A DNA stretch of 47,162 nt from the NCBI GenBank assembly GCA_947311625.1, contig CAMZKW010000006.1, forward strand, positions 1-47,162. The letters run 5' to 3'. This DNA is from Candidatus Campbellbacteria bacterium (GTDB lineage Bacteria; Patescibacteriota; Minisyncoccia; Phycocordibacterales; GCA-2747955). The translations under genes were made by a program, and so were the position numbers. The notes under the pieces were generated by a model that was not told the origin of the DNA, did not search any database, and saw only the letters and a list, made by a program, of their open reading frames with translations. This document shows, in pieces, positions 1 through 11,612 of the stretch (position 1 is the first letter of the stretch; every line of letters starts with the position of its first letter).

Positions 1-1
1 T

Positions 2-100
2 ATAAACTATTTAGATAATATTGAATCAGATTCTGGTAATATCAACTCAATGGGAAACTCAGATAATGTGGTGGTGCAGGAAGAAATAATTGAAAATTAG
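2..100 (+). CDS. 3' end of a hypothetical protein (truncated by window start)
   Basis: Open frame from base 2 to TAG at 98-100 (INYLDNIESDSGNINSMGNSDNVVVQEEIIEN). Confidence 0.5.
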   Translation: MNYLDNIESDSGNINSMGNSDNVVVQEEIIEN

Positions 101-138
101 TTTTCAATTTTTTTTATTTTTGTTATAATAAAAAAATT

Positions 139-1122
139 ATGCCAGAATTACCAGAGGTTCAAACTGTCGTTGATGGCTTGAATTTGAAAGTTAAAAATAG
201 AAAAATAAAAGATGTTTGAACAGATTATTTTTCTGATTCTTACATTGGAAAGGATAATATTAAAAATAAAAAATATTTTCAGAAATTTAAGAAGGAAATT
301 ATTGGACAAAAAATTTTGAAGGCTGAAAGAAGGGCTAAAAATATAATCATTCATTTAAGTGGTGGAAAATATATTTTAATTCATTTGAAAATGAGTGGCC
401 ATTTAATTTATGGAGATTATATTTTTGATAAGAAAAAAAATGAGTGAAGATCAGAAAAGGGATATTTTGATAGAGAGGAAATTAAGAAAAATCCTAAAAT
501 TTTAGAAATGATTGATAGAGAACCTACTCGTGATCCTTTTAATAAATTTATTCATTTTGTTTTAGTTTTTGAAAATGGGAAGCAGTTGGTAATGTCAGAT
601 TTGAGAAAGTTTGGCTCGGTTAAATTGATAGATGAAAGGGGGTTAAAAGAATTAAAAGAAAAATTAGGTCCTGAACCCTTTGATTTGAGCCCAAAGGAAT
701 TTGTGGAGTTGGTTAGGAAAAAAGGAAAGGGGCGAGCTAAAAATATTTTGATGAAGCCAGAATTTATTGCTGGAATTGGGAATATTTATTCTGATGAGAT
801 TTTGTGAGAAGTTGGAGTTCATCCAGAATCAAATTTACAAAATTTGCCAGATGAAAAATTAAAGGAAATTTTAAGAGTAGCAAAGAAAATTTTGAAGGCT
901 TCAATTGATATTGGTGGAGATTCAATGTCTGATTTTAGAAATATTGAAGGGAGAAAGGGAAAATATCAAGCCAAACACAATGCTTATAAATTGGAGGGAA
1001 CTTTATGTAAGAAAAAAGATTGTGATGGAATTTTAGAGAAAAAAATGATAGGGCAAAGGGTTGGCAGATGGTGTCCTGTGCATCAAAAAAAAATAAAAAA
1101 TTATGATATAATAATAAAATAA
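139..1122 (+). CDS. mutM: Formamidopyrimidine-DNA glycosylase (Fpg/MutM), UGA=Trp
   Basis: N-terminal MPELPEV, HLKMSG, GIGNIYSDEIL*, C-terminal CxxxxC..WCPVHQ zinc finger; track ORFs 508-807 and 844-1122 are in one frame joined by TGA. Confidence 0.95.
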
Positions 1123-1352
1123 TGAAATTAACAATTTTGAAAATAGATAAACCTATTTATATGGGAGATTTTGATAAGGTGTATCTACCTGCATCAGAAG
1201 GTGATATTGAGATTTTACCAGGACATGCTCCTTTTATGACTTCTTTAAAATCTGGTAAAGTTAAATATTTTTTTGATGGAAAAGAAGAAAATATTGAAAT
1301 AAAATCTGGTTTTGTAGAAGTTAATAAATTAGAGGTGTTGGTAATTTTATAA
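1122..1352 (+). CDS. atpC: ATP synthase epsilon subunit (N-terminal beta-domain only)
   Basis: LPASEGDIEILPGHAPFMTSL..SGFVEV motif; own TGATATAAT at 1104-1112. Confidence 0.85.
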   Translation: MKLTILKIDKPIYMGDFDKVYLPASEGDIEILPGHAPFMTSLKSGKVKYFFDGKEENIEIKSGFVEVNKLEVLVIL

Positions 1353-1413
1353 AATAATTAAAAAGTTTAAGTAGTGGTTAATATACCGCTCGATAAATAA
1401 TAATAAAATAAAT

Positions 1414-1710
1414 ATGGGAATTTTTAGTAATTTAAAAGATAAAGTAAAAGCAAAAGCTACGGAAAAAATGTTGGAGAGTCAGATGAAAAATTTACCTCCA
1501 GAACAAAAAGAAGCAATGATGAAGATGATGGAAGATAATCCAGACTTTTTTGAAAACATTGCGAAAGAAATTGAGATTGAAGTGAAAAATGGAAAATCTC
1601 AGATGGTTGCTGGAATGTCTGTTATGAGGAAACATCAAGCAAAAATGCAAGAACTAATGATGAAAGCAATGGGTGGAGACCAAAGATTAAAAGATAGAAA
1701 TCTAAGATAG
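1414..1710 (+). CDS. Hypothetical Met-rich helical protein
   Basis: Clean 98-aa ORF, genome-typical composition, no recognisable motif. Confidence 0.7.
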   Translation: MGIFSNLKDKVKAKATEKMLESQMKNLPPEQKEAMMKMMEDNPDFFENIAKEIEIEVKNGKSQMVAGMSVMRKHQAKMQELMMKAMGGDQRLKDRNLR

Positions 1711-1762
1711 ATTTTTATTTTTTTTATGATAAAATTTATAAAATTTTTAAAAAGGAAAAATA

Positions 1763-1876
1763 ATGAAAAAAGTGTGGAAAGATAATAAAATATTAATAAT
1801 AATAAATACAATTATTAATATCTTAGTGTTATCAATTTTATTCTGGATAGTTAAAATTCTAGGAGGCTTTTCATAG
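1763..1876 (+). CDS. Small single-TM peptide (37 aa), class B type
   Basis: AAAGGA upstream, ATG at 1763, MKKVWKDNKILIIINTIINILVLSILFWIVKILGGFS, two TGG, hairpin plus T-run overlapping the stop. Confidence 0.5.
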   Translation: MKKVWKDNKILIIINTIINILVLSILFWIVKILGGFS

Positions 1877-1918
1877 TCTCTATTTTTTTATTTTAATTAA
1901 TATAGTATAATATTTTTT

Positions 1919-2608
1919 ATGAATATAAAAATTAAATCTGTGGCTATAATTATGGATGGTAATAGAAGGTGAGCTGTTGAAAATGGTATGTCAAAAATTG
2001 AAGGTCATAAATATGGAGCTGAAAAAATATCGGAAGTTATAGATTGAGTCTTAGAAGAAGATATAAAAAATATAGTTTTATATGCCTTTTCCACAGAAAA
2101 CTGAAATAGGTCAAAAATTGAAATAGATGCAATAATGTTTTTGTTTGAAGATTTTATTAAAAATAAATTAAATAAAATTATAGAGAAAAAAGTTTCCATA
2201 AAATTTATTGGAAAATTAGATATGTTTTCAAAAAAATTACAAATACTTATGTCGGAAGTAGAAGAAAAATCAAAAGGTTTTGAAACAGTTTTATTTATGG
2301 CTATGTCCTACGGGGGAAGAGTGGAAATAATTGAAGGGATAAAAAGACTTTCTCAAGAAAAAACAAAAGAAGATATAGAATCTTTAACAGAAGGTGAATT
2401 TGAAAGATATTTATGAACATCAGAATTAGATGATCCAGAAATAATTATAAGAACAGGTGGTGATAGAAGGCTTTCAAATTTTTTACTTTGAAAATCAAGT
2501 TATTCAGAATTAATATTTACAGATACAAAATGACCAGCTTTTAGTGAGAGAGAATTTAAGAAAATTTTAAAAGATTATCAGAAAGTGAAAATAAATAAGG
2601 GAAAATAA
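1919..2608 (+). CDS. uppS: Undecaprenyl/polyprenyl diphosphate synthase, UGA=Trp
   Basis: IIMDGNRR*A, YAFSTEN*NR, IRTGGDRRLSNFLL* with TGA at conserved Trp positions. Confidence 0.95.
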
Positions 2609-2646
2609 TTTTTTTAAAAAAAAATATAAAATGTTATAATTCTTTT

Positions 2647-4122
2647 ATGATTAAGAAATTTTACATAACCACAACCCTACCATATGTGAATGGAAAACCT
2701 CATATTGGTTTTGCTATGGAAATTGTTAGAGCTGATGTCTTGGCAAGGCATAAAAGAATTCTTTTGGGAGAAGAAAATATTTTCTTTAACACAGGAACAG
2801 ATGAGCACGGACAAAAAATCGCAGACAAGGCTAAGGAGTTAGGAATGAGTCCGCAGGAATACACTGACAAAATGTCTCAGAATTTTAAGGATTTAACAAA
2901 AAATTTAAATATTTCAAATGATAATTTTATCCGAACAACCGATGATTATCATATTAAAGCAGCTCAAAAATTTTGAGAAATTGTTAAGAAAAATGGTTTT
3001 ATTGAAAAAAGAAAGTATCAGGTGAAATATTGTGTTGGTTGTGAAATGGAAAAAACAGATTCTGAATTGGTTGATGGAAAATGCCCAGACCATCCAAATA
3101 ATGAAATAGAATTTTTAGATGAAGAAAATTACTTTTTTAAGGCCTCAGAATTCACAGAAAAGTTAAAAGAATATTTTAAGAAAAATCCAGTTATTCCTGA
3201 ATTCCGTCAAAATGAAATTGTTTCTTTAATTGAAAGAGAAGGAATGAAGGATTTTTCAATTTCTCGTTTGAAAGAAAAAATGGAATGGGGTGTTCCGGTG
3301 CCTGATGATAAAGAGCATGTAATGTATGTTTGGTTTGATGCCTTGGTGGATTATATTTCAACCCTTGGTTGAGGCGGAGAAGATGAAACTAAATTTAATC
3401 AATTTTGAGGTTGAGCTGACAAACCAGTAGATAGCACAGTTTTTCAAATTGCTGGAAAAGATAATTTAAGGCCACAGTCAGCAATGTGACAAACTATGTT
3501 GATGGCAGCTGGAATTAAAAATTCTGATGTAATTTATATTAACGGACACATAACTTCCAATGGGCAAAAAATGTCAAAATCTTTGGGAAATGTTATTGAC
3601 CCAAATGAAGCGATTGAAAAATACGGAGTTGATGCTTTGAGATTTTTCATCATAAAACATTTACACAACCATGAAGATTCAGATTGAACTGAGAAAAGAT
3701 TTTACGGAGCTTATACTGCTGACTTGGTAAATGGTTTAGGAAATTTAACTTCAAGAATTTTAGCAATGTCATCAAAGGCAGGAATAAAATTATTTGATGA
3801 AGGGAGAGGATATCCAATTTTTGGAAGACAACATTCAAAGTTAGAAAATTATGATTTTAATGGTGAGGCGGAAGAAATTTGAAAATCAATTTCTGATTTG
3901 GATGAGCTGATTTCCAGAACTCAACCATTTAAGTTGGCAAAATCTGATGACTCAGAAGATAAGGAAAAATTAAAAGTTGTTTTACTTTCACTTTTGAATG
4001 GACTTTGAGCAGTGGCTGATTGGATAGAGCCAGTAATGCCAGAAACTGCTGAAAAAATTAAATTAGCCGTAAAAGAAAATAAAAAACCAGAAGAACCATT
4101 GTTCCCAAGAATTGAGAAATAA
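2647..4122 (+). CDS. metG: Methionine--tRNA ligase (short form), UGA=Trp
   Basis: [35 protein letters not shown]-terminal LFPRI; single frame across TGA codons. Confidence 0.97.
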
Positions 4123-4209
4123 TTTTAAACAGTTTCAAGCTGTTGTTTTTTTATTTAAAAATGGGTAGTTTGAAGATATTAGAGCTATTAAAATTTTTTA
4201 AAAAATTCC

Positions 4210-4236
4210 TTGACAAAAAAAAAAAAAGATTATAAT
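4210..4236 (+). promoter_or_regulatory. sigma70-type promoter with poly-A spacer
   Basis: TTGACA 4210-4215, A13 run, TATAAT 4231-4236 (15-nt spacer). Confidence 0.7.
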
Positions 4237-4365
4237 TCAATCAGAATAAAAAAAAGAAGGTCTAGGGCGAGGTTCTAAAATTAAGAAGTTTGAAATTCTT
4301 TTTTAGAGCCTGTGGAAATGATGTGGCGAGAGCTTGAAGTGGCAGCATAATAAAAGGAGTTTGCT

Positions 4366-4680
4366 ATGAAAGATTTTTTTGCAGATGAGTTGATCATAAG
4401 GTATTCTAGAGTAGTTGTCTTTGTCTTTGATGATGGGAAGAAAGGCGTTGTTTTAGGAGATTATTTGTTGTTCAGAAAGAGCCCATATTTTGGTCAAGTG
4501 TACGAACTTGAGGTCGAAAAGGTACCGAAGGCTGTGGATTATTCTGATATCGAAGATGCTATTCATACAAAGAGGTCTGATATACCTGATTCTGTAATGG
4601 AAAAAATAGAGAGGGTGCTATCAGAAAAAGATTTCAGGAAGTTCGAATTAAGTATCGAACTAAATGAACTTAAATCATAA
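4366..4680 (+). CDS. Orphan hypothetical protein (class B)
   Basis: AGGAG at 4355-4359, 104-aa ORF, own promoter and terminator. Confidence 0.75.
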   Translation: MKDFFADELIIRYSRVVVFVFDDGKKGVVLGDYLLFRKSPYFGQVYELEVEKVPKAVDYSDIEDAIHTKRSDIPDSVMEKIERVLSEKDFRKFELSIELNELKS

Positions 4681-4683
4681 TTG

Positions 4684-4712
4684 CTTAGAGTTTTTACTCT
4701 AGGCTTTTTTTT
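4684..4712 (+). terminator. Intrinsic terminator
   Basis: CTTAGAG-tttta-CTCTAGG stem followed by a T run directly after the stop. Confidence 0.6.
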
Positions 4713-4756
4713 AATAATTTATCTTTTTAAAGAAAGATTAAATTTTTCCTAAATCT

Positions 4757-4809
4757 ATTATAATTCTCCTATGGCTAAAAAATTTTATATCACAACTCCT
4801 TTTTTTTAA
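4757..4809 (+). pseudogene. Relic metG 5' stub with its promoter
   Basis: TATAAT-tctcct-ATG then MAKKFYITTPFF*, resembling the metG start [10 protein letters not shown] at 2647. Confidence 0.55.
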
Positions 4810-4981
4810 GATAGGGAATAACTTTTCAATCCTTTCCTTTCTGAACTAAACACAAAATGTTTGCTTCAGAAAGGAATAAACACCTTGTTGCTTCTATTCT
4901 GAATGAATAGATTAAAAGTATTTTATAATATTATTTTTGTTTTGTTAATTTTTTTGATTGTTTTAAAATTTTTAGAAAATA

Positions 4982-5000
4982 GGTGGCGCGTAGCGCCACC
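4982..5000. repeat. GC-rich palindrome, GTA triloop
   Basis: GGTGGCGC-GTA-GCGCCACC. Confidence 0.9.
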
Positions 5001-5027
5001 CATTTTTATTTTTTATTTTTCTTAAAA

Positions 5028-5462
5028 TTAAAACTTAATCTCCCTTGTATTTTCATCAATATATTTTAATTTAACATTAAACCTATTTTCTTTTGGCAAT
5101 CATTTTTCAATCATTTCTGGCCATTCCAAAAAAATCAAATTTTCTGTTTTTATTAAATCATCTAAAAGTCCAATTAAATCTAAATCTTCCTCTCTTTCTA
5201 GTCTATAAGCATCAATGTGAATTAATTTTTTTCAAGGAAAGTTTTTTGATTTAATTTTATATTTTTTTGAAATAACAAAGGTAGGAGAATTTATTTTTTC
5301 TTTAATTTCTAAAAGCTCTCCAATTTGTTGAGTGAAAGTAGTTTTTCCAGCACCTAAGTCTCCCGAAAGAGTGATTAGTGTTGCGGAGTTTTGGGGAGCA
5401 GAAATTTTCCGAAGCAAAATTTTCGCCACATTTTTAGTTTCTTGAATACTTGTTGTTTTCAT
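5028..5462 (-). CDS. tsaE: tRNA threonylcarbamoyladenosine biosynthesis ATPase, UGA=Trp
   Basis: GDLGAGKTTF, SPTF, HIDAYRL, FLEWPE; read through TGA at 5232-5234 to TAA at 5028. Confidence 0.93.
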
Positions 5463-5569
5463 ATTTTTCTATTTTTTTATCTTTCAAATTATGTTAAAAT
5501 TAAATGAAAGAAATTGTTGTATTAATTGTAATATATTATGTAACAATTATCAATAAAATAACAAAAAAT

Positions 5570-6277
5570 ATGAAAAATAAAAATAAAATAATTTTATCTT
5601 TTTTAATGGTATCTTTTATGGCAAATTCAATTTTTGCTTTTGAAAACACAGATACAATTCGAGAAAAAGTAAATAAAGCTCTGGGAGAGAGTAAAGAAGT
5701 GAAAGCAATTATCAAAAAAGAAGTCACAAAGCAAGTTAAAGAAGAGGTTAAGAAAATAAAATCTAAAGATTATTTAGAATCAAAAAAAATAATCAAGGAT
5801 AAAAAACCAGAAGATATATTTTTTGAAAATATAAAAAATGCTAAAAATGAAGAAGAAAGAATATCTATTTTTACAAAATTTAAAAAAGATATAAAAGAAA
5901 AGCCAGAATTTATTAATAATAAAATAAAAAATATATTTACAAAATTTGATTTTATTTTAGATAAATTAAATAAAGTTAAATCAAGTATTGATAAAGAAAA
6001 TTTATCTTTGAAAGAAAGAGGTTTGGTGTTTGGAATATTGGAGGAAAAAAATATTGAAATTGAAAAACATATTGATATGGCAAAAAAGTCTAAGGCATCC
6101 GCTTGAATTAATATGGAAAATATAGATTTTTCTGGAGAAAAAGAATATATTATTTTGTCTTTGAATGATGTTAAATTAGATTTGATTTCTTCAAAAAATG
6201 AAATTAAAAAAGTGTCTCAATTACTAAAAGAAAATATTGCTTTTATAAAAGGAGCTTTATCAACATTTAAAAAATAA
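5570..6277 (+). CDS. Secreted coiled-coil hypothetical protein
   Basis: Signal-peptide-like MKNKNKIILSFLMVSFMANSIFA; continues through TGA 6104-6106 to TAA 6275-6277; alternative start 5504. Confidence 0.7.
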
Positions 6278-6280
6278 AAA

Positions 6281-6541
6281 ATGATTGAAGAAGGAAATAA
6301 AAAAGAATTATGATTGATTATAGCAATAATTTCTATTGTGCTTCTTATTTTATTTTTATTTTATTTTTATTTTTTTAAAAATATAGAAAAAAAAACAGAA
6401 ATTAATAAAGATAAAAATAATGTTGAAGTAATTGATAATCAAAAAAATATTTTAAAAAATGATGAAATTGATATAAAAGAGATAGAAAAAAGACTTGATG
6501 ATTTAGATATAAATTTAGATGATGTTTTAAATCAATTATAA
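6281..6541 (+). CDS. Single-TM hypothetical protein
   Basis: MIEEGNKKEL*LIIAII hydrophobic N-terminus, acidic C-terminus. Confidence 0.65.
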
Positions 6542-6549
6542 AAAATATA

Positions 6550-6588
6550 AAAAACTGGCACGGCGACTTCGTCGCCGTGCCAGTTTTT
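6550..6588. repeat. GC-rich palindrome, GAA triloop on - strand
   Basis: AAAAACTGGCACGGCGAC-TTC-GTCGCCGTGCCAGTTTTT. Confidence 0.9.
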
Positions 6589-6602
6589 GTTATAATAAAA
6601 AA

Positions 6603-7232
6603 ATGTCAAAACATGGAATACAGATAACATCCCAAAGGATTGGAAGTCTTGAAAAAGAATTAATTAAATATTCACTGGATATTCCAAAATCATCTTTAGT
6701 TTTAGATTTGGGTGGTGGCAATGGTTTTATATCAATAATATTATCTTTAATTCAAAAACAAGTATATTATTATGATTTAAAAATAGATTTTAAACTAAAA
6801 ATTTTTAAAAAATTATTTTCTTCTAAAAAATTAAATTTAATAAAAAAAGATTTAAAAAAAATAAAATATATTGATTTTCCAAAAAATATAGATATTATTT
6901 ATTCTGCAAGATTTTTTCATTATTTAACATATAAAGAATCAGATGATTTGTTAAAAAAACTTTCAAAGAATTTAAAAAAAGATGGAAAAATATTCTTAAC
7001 TCTTTCAGGAATAGACTCTAATATAGGAATAAATTATAAATGTAAAGATATAAAAATAGAGGAAAGAAGTTGTTTTTTATCAAAATCTAACCAATCTAGA
7101 TTCAAAATAAAAGAAAAAGTAACTTTATACAAAAAAGAAGAATTAGAAAATTTAATAAAAAAATATTTTAATATCCAAGAAGTTTGAGAATCTGATTTTA
7201 AAAATATTTTTGTAATTGCTGTTAAAAAATAG
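6603..7232 (+). CDS. Class I SAM-dependent methyltransferase
   Basis: VLDLGGGNG motif I, DIIYS..FFHYL, LKKDGKIFL; extended through TGA 7185-7187. Confidence 0.8.
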
Positions 7233-7251
7233 AAATGTTATAATAGTTTAT

Positions 7252-7560
7252 ATGAAAAAAGAAGAAAAAGAATATATTGAGCCAGAGATTATTAATGAAT
7301 CTAATGAAAAAGCTCATAAATTTGAAAATAAAAAATTTGATGATATAAACAATCAAGTTTCAAGTATAAAAAAAGCAATTTTATTAAAAGGTTTATCTTC
7401 ATTAATTTTACCAATTAGTATATTTTTGATAATAATTATAGCTATCGTGTCTTTGATTATGTATGTTATTGATACACACCCTTTTGACTATATAGTTTCA
7501 GGTATTTTTCTATTCCTTATATTAAGTCCTGTTTATAAATTAATTAAATATTTTAAATAA
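7252..7560 (+). CDS. Two-TM membrane hypothetical protein
   Basis: ATG 7 nt after TGTTATAAT; two hydrophobic segments. Confidence 0.7.
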   Translation: MKKEEKEYIEPEIINESNEKAHKFENKKFDDINNQVSSIKKAILLKGLSSLILPISIFLIIIIAIVSLIMYVIDTHPFDYIVSGIFLFLILSPVYKLIKYFK

Positions 7561-7561
7561 T

Positions 7562-8551
7562 ATGTTTGAAATTACAGCAACTTTGTCAGTTTTGGTATTG
7601 GCAATTATTTTTATTATATCCCTAGCCTCATTGGTAAAAGGAGCTGACTTTTTACTTGAAGGGGCAGAAAGGGTAGGAAGATATTTTAAGCTTCCATCAT
7701 TTGTTATCGGAGCTTTGATTGTTGGAGTTGGAACTTCACTTCCAGAATTAGCCTCATCTATTTTTGCAGCAATGGATGGAAAAACAGAGTTTATTACTGC
7801 CAATGTTATTGGTTCAAATATTGCCAATATTTTACTTGTGGCAGGTCTGGCTTCAATTATTGGGAAAGTTATTTATACAAATAAAAATTTAATTCGTTTA
7901 GAAATTCCTTTGTTAGTTATTTCAACTTCATTATTTTTATTTGTAAGTTATGATGGGATTATAAATAAGTTAGAATCTTTTGTTATTTTATTTGCTTTTA
8001 TAGTTTATGTAGTTTATCTTTTAAACTCAAATAGATATTTAACCGAAGAAGACAAAAAAGATATTCAAGAGAATAATGAGGATGAAGAATATGAGGAAGT
8101 TAATAGTATTGGAATTAAGGAGTTTGCTTTATTAATTGGAGGTGGTTTATTGCTTTCTTTTGGAGCAGATTATTTAGTTCAGTCTGTAACAGCTTTTTCT
8201 CAAAAATTAAATATTGGAATTTCAATAATTTCAGTTTTAGCAGTTGCCATAGGAACTTCTTTGCCAGAAATTTTAGTTTCAGTAAAAGCAGTTTTAAATG
8301 GAAAAACAGATTTAGCATTTGGAAATATTTTTGGTTCAAATGTTTTTAATATATTAATGCTAACAGGAACCATTGGAATTTTTACAAATATTGAAGTATC
8401 AAAATCTATGCTAGAAATAGGATTACCATTTTTAGCAATTACAACTTTAATATTTTATGTTTCTGCAACAGCTAGAAAAATTTATATTTGAGAAGGGTTA
8501 ATGTTTTTAGGTTTTTATGTTTTATTTGTTTTAAAAATAATTGGATTTTAG
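7562..8551 (+). CDS. Calcium/sodium antiporter (YrbG/CaCA family)
   Basis: Twin alpha repeats GTSLPE..GSNIAN and GTSLPE..GSNVFN; extended through TGA 8489-8491. Confidence 0.92.
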
Positions 8552-8622
8552 AAAATTATATTTTTTGAGCTTTTTATTTAATTTAGTATATATGAAATAT
8601 GATATAATATAATAATTAAATT

Positions 8623-10365
8623 ATGAGTGAAATTGAAGATATTAAGAACAGACTCTCCATTGAAGAAGTGATTGGGTCTTATATAAAGTTAGAAAAATCA
8701 GGATCTAATTTTAAAGCTCTCTGTCCATTTCATAATGAAAAATCCGCTTCATTTTATATAACACCGAGTAAAGGGTTTTATAAATGTTTTGGTTGTGGAG
8801 AATCTGGAGATATATTTAATTTTATAGAAAAATATGAAGGGATTGGTTTTTCTGAAGCATTAAAAAAATTAGCTGATAAAGCAGGGGTCGAGTTAAAAAA
8901 AAATAGTTTTAAAAATAACAAAGAAGATAAAGAAAAAAAAGAAAACCTTTTAAATATTTTAAAAGATATAACGATTTTTTGACAAAAAAAACTTTTAGAA
9001 AATGAAGGTGTAAAAAACTACCTTAAAAAAAGAGGGGTAAATAATGAAATAGCTAAAAAATTTCAGTTGGGTTATGCTCCCGATGGTTGAGATAATACTT
9101 TAATTTTTTTAAAATCTAAAGGCTATTCTCAAGAAGAAATTGAAAAGGTTGGATTAATTAAAAAAAAAGAAAATGGTGGGTTTTATGATAGGTTTAGAGA
9201 TAGAATTATTTTTCCTATTTTTAATTTAGATGGAAAACCAGTGGCTTTTTCTGGTAGAGATTTTTCTGGTTCTGATAAGGTGGCAAAGTATTTAAATTCT
9301 CCCGAAACAATTTTCTTCAATAAATCATCTATTTTGTATGGAATGAACTTTGCCAGAGATGAGGCAAGACGTAGAAAGTATTTTATTTTAGGGGAAGGTC
9401 AAATGGATTTAATAATGGCTCACAAGGTTGGTTTTGAAAATATGGTTGTTACTTCGGGAACTTCATTGACTGATGAACATTTAAAAATAATGGGAAGATA
9501 CACAAAAAATATAATCTTTGCCTTTGATTCTGATAGCGCTGGAATTAAGGCGGCATATCGTGGAATTAAAAAGGCTTTGACAAATGACTTCGATGTAAAA
9601 ATTATTGATATGGATAAAGGTAATGATCCTGCGGACACTATTTTAGAATCTTCAGATAAATGAAAAGATTTAGTTGCCAATGCTAAAAATTTTATAGATT
9701 TCTTTATACAAAAAATTATTTTTCAAAAAAAATCAGATAGAGAAAAAATTATAGAAATGGAAGAAAAGATTTTACCATTTATTTTAAAAGTTCCGGACCC
9801 AATTTTAAAAGGAAAATTTATTTCAAAAATTGCTCGTGGTTTTGATGTTAAGGAGGAATTTGTAATTGAGGCTTTAGATAAGATAAAGATTGAAATTGAA
9901 AATGAAGAAAAAAAAGAATTATCTTTGTTAAAGGTTAAGTCAGAAAATATTGATATTTTTTCAAAAAAAGGTATAATATCAGATACTAGAAAAAAAATAT
10001 TGAAAGAGTTGTCAGCTATATATTATTGACAATTATCTTTGGAAGAACCAAAGAGATGAATAGAACCAAAAGAACTTTTAGAAAAAATAAAAAAAATTAC
10101 AGATAGAGATACTTATCAAAAGATTTTAGATTTAGATGATAAAGTTAAAAACTTTTGAATATTAGAAGTACAAGTAAAGTTTGAAATTGAAACAAAAGAA
10201 AATTTAATTTTTTCCCTAGAATCCTATGAAAAAAGATTAGAAAAGAATAATATTGATAATAAAATTTCTTTATTAACAAAAAAAATATCTTTTGCATCTG
10301 ATTCTAAAAAAAAAGATATTCTAAAAGAAATACAGGAACTCAGTGAAGAAAAAAATAAATATTAA
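8623..10365 (+). CDS. dnaG: DNA primase, UGA=Trp
   Basis: CPFHNEK..CFGCG zinc finger, [36 protein letters not shown]. Confidence 0.96.
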
Positions 10366-10379
10366 ATTATAAAATCGCC

Positions 10380-11468
10380 ATGGCTATAAAAAAAACTACC
10401 ACAAAAAAAAAAATAGTAAAAGAAAAAGTTCTTAGTAAAAAAGAATTAAAATTAGAAGAGGCAAGGTTACTTGCTTTAGAGGAACCAGATGATTTAGATT
10501 TAGAAGCAGTTGAACTTGATTCTCTTGATGATGTTGTAAAGCCTAAAGATGAAGTGGGTTTGTTTGATGATATTGATGAAGAATTTTTTGATAATTCTGG
10601 AAAAAAAGATAGAAAGGCTTATGATCCAATTCAAATTTATTTAAAAGAAATAGGAAAGAAAAATCTTATTACCCAGGCTGAAGAGGTAGAGTTAGCCAAG
10701 AGAGTTGAGGAGGGTGATGAAGAAGCAAAGAAGATTTTAGCTAAGTCAAATTTAAGGCTTGTTGTTTCAATTGCGAAAAAATATGTTGGTAGGTCACCAG
10801 ATTTAACACTCCTTGATTTAATTCAGGAAGGGAATATGGGTCTCTATAAGGCAGTTGATAAATTTGATTATAGAAAAGGTTTTAAATTTTCAACCTATGC
10901 AACTTGGTGAATTAGACAAGCGGTTACAAGGGCCTTAGCTGACCAATCAAAAACAATACGTATTCCAGTTCACATGGTGGAAACCATAACAAAATATAAA
11001 CAAGTTATGAGACAATTAACTCATGATTTAGGTAGACCACCGGAACCAGAAGAAACTGCTATAGAAATGGGAATACCTTTAGAAAAGATTTATCAGATAA
11101 TGAAAATTAGTCAGACTATGGTCTCTCTTGATGTACCTATTGCAGGTTCCGATGGTGATGAAAAATCTACCATGGCAAATTTCATATCAGATGATATGGA
11201 CTCTGGGGATGTAATAATGAGTCCTGAAGAGGAGTCAAATCAAAGAATTTTAAGAGAAGAAATTCTTAAAGTTTTGAATGTTCTTTCAGAAAAGGAACAA
11301 CAAATTTTAAAAATGAGAAATGGTTTGATTGATGGAATTTTTCATACCTTGGAAGAGGTTGGAAAAGAATTTGATGTCACAAGGGAAAGGATAAGACAGA
11401 TTGAGGCAAAAGCTCATGAAAAAATTAAAGATTCAATGGAAGCAAAAAGATTAAAAAACTTTTTTTAA
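10380..11468 (+). CDS. rpoD: Primary sigma70 factor, UGA=Trp
   Basis: [54 protein letters not shown]. Confidence 0.97.
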
Positions 11469-11475
11469 AAAATTA

Positions 11476-11503
11476 AAACAATGCCCAGAAGCATTGTTTT
11501 TTT
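11476..11503 (+). terminator. Intrinsic terminator after rpoD
   Basis: AAAACAATGC-ccagaa-GCATTGTTTT plus T run. Confidence 0.65.
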
Positions 11504-11612
11504 GATAAATATATTATATAAAATTATATTTATTTTATCAAGTATTGACACTGGACAAAATGTTTATATATATTTATTATATTTTTTTCATGTGATATAA
11601 TTTAAAAACTTT

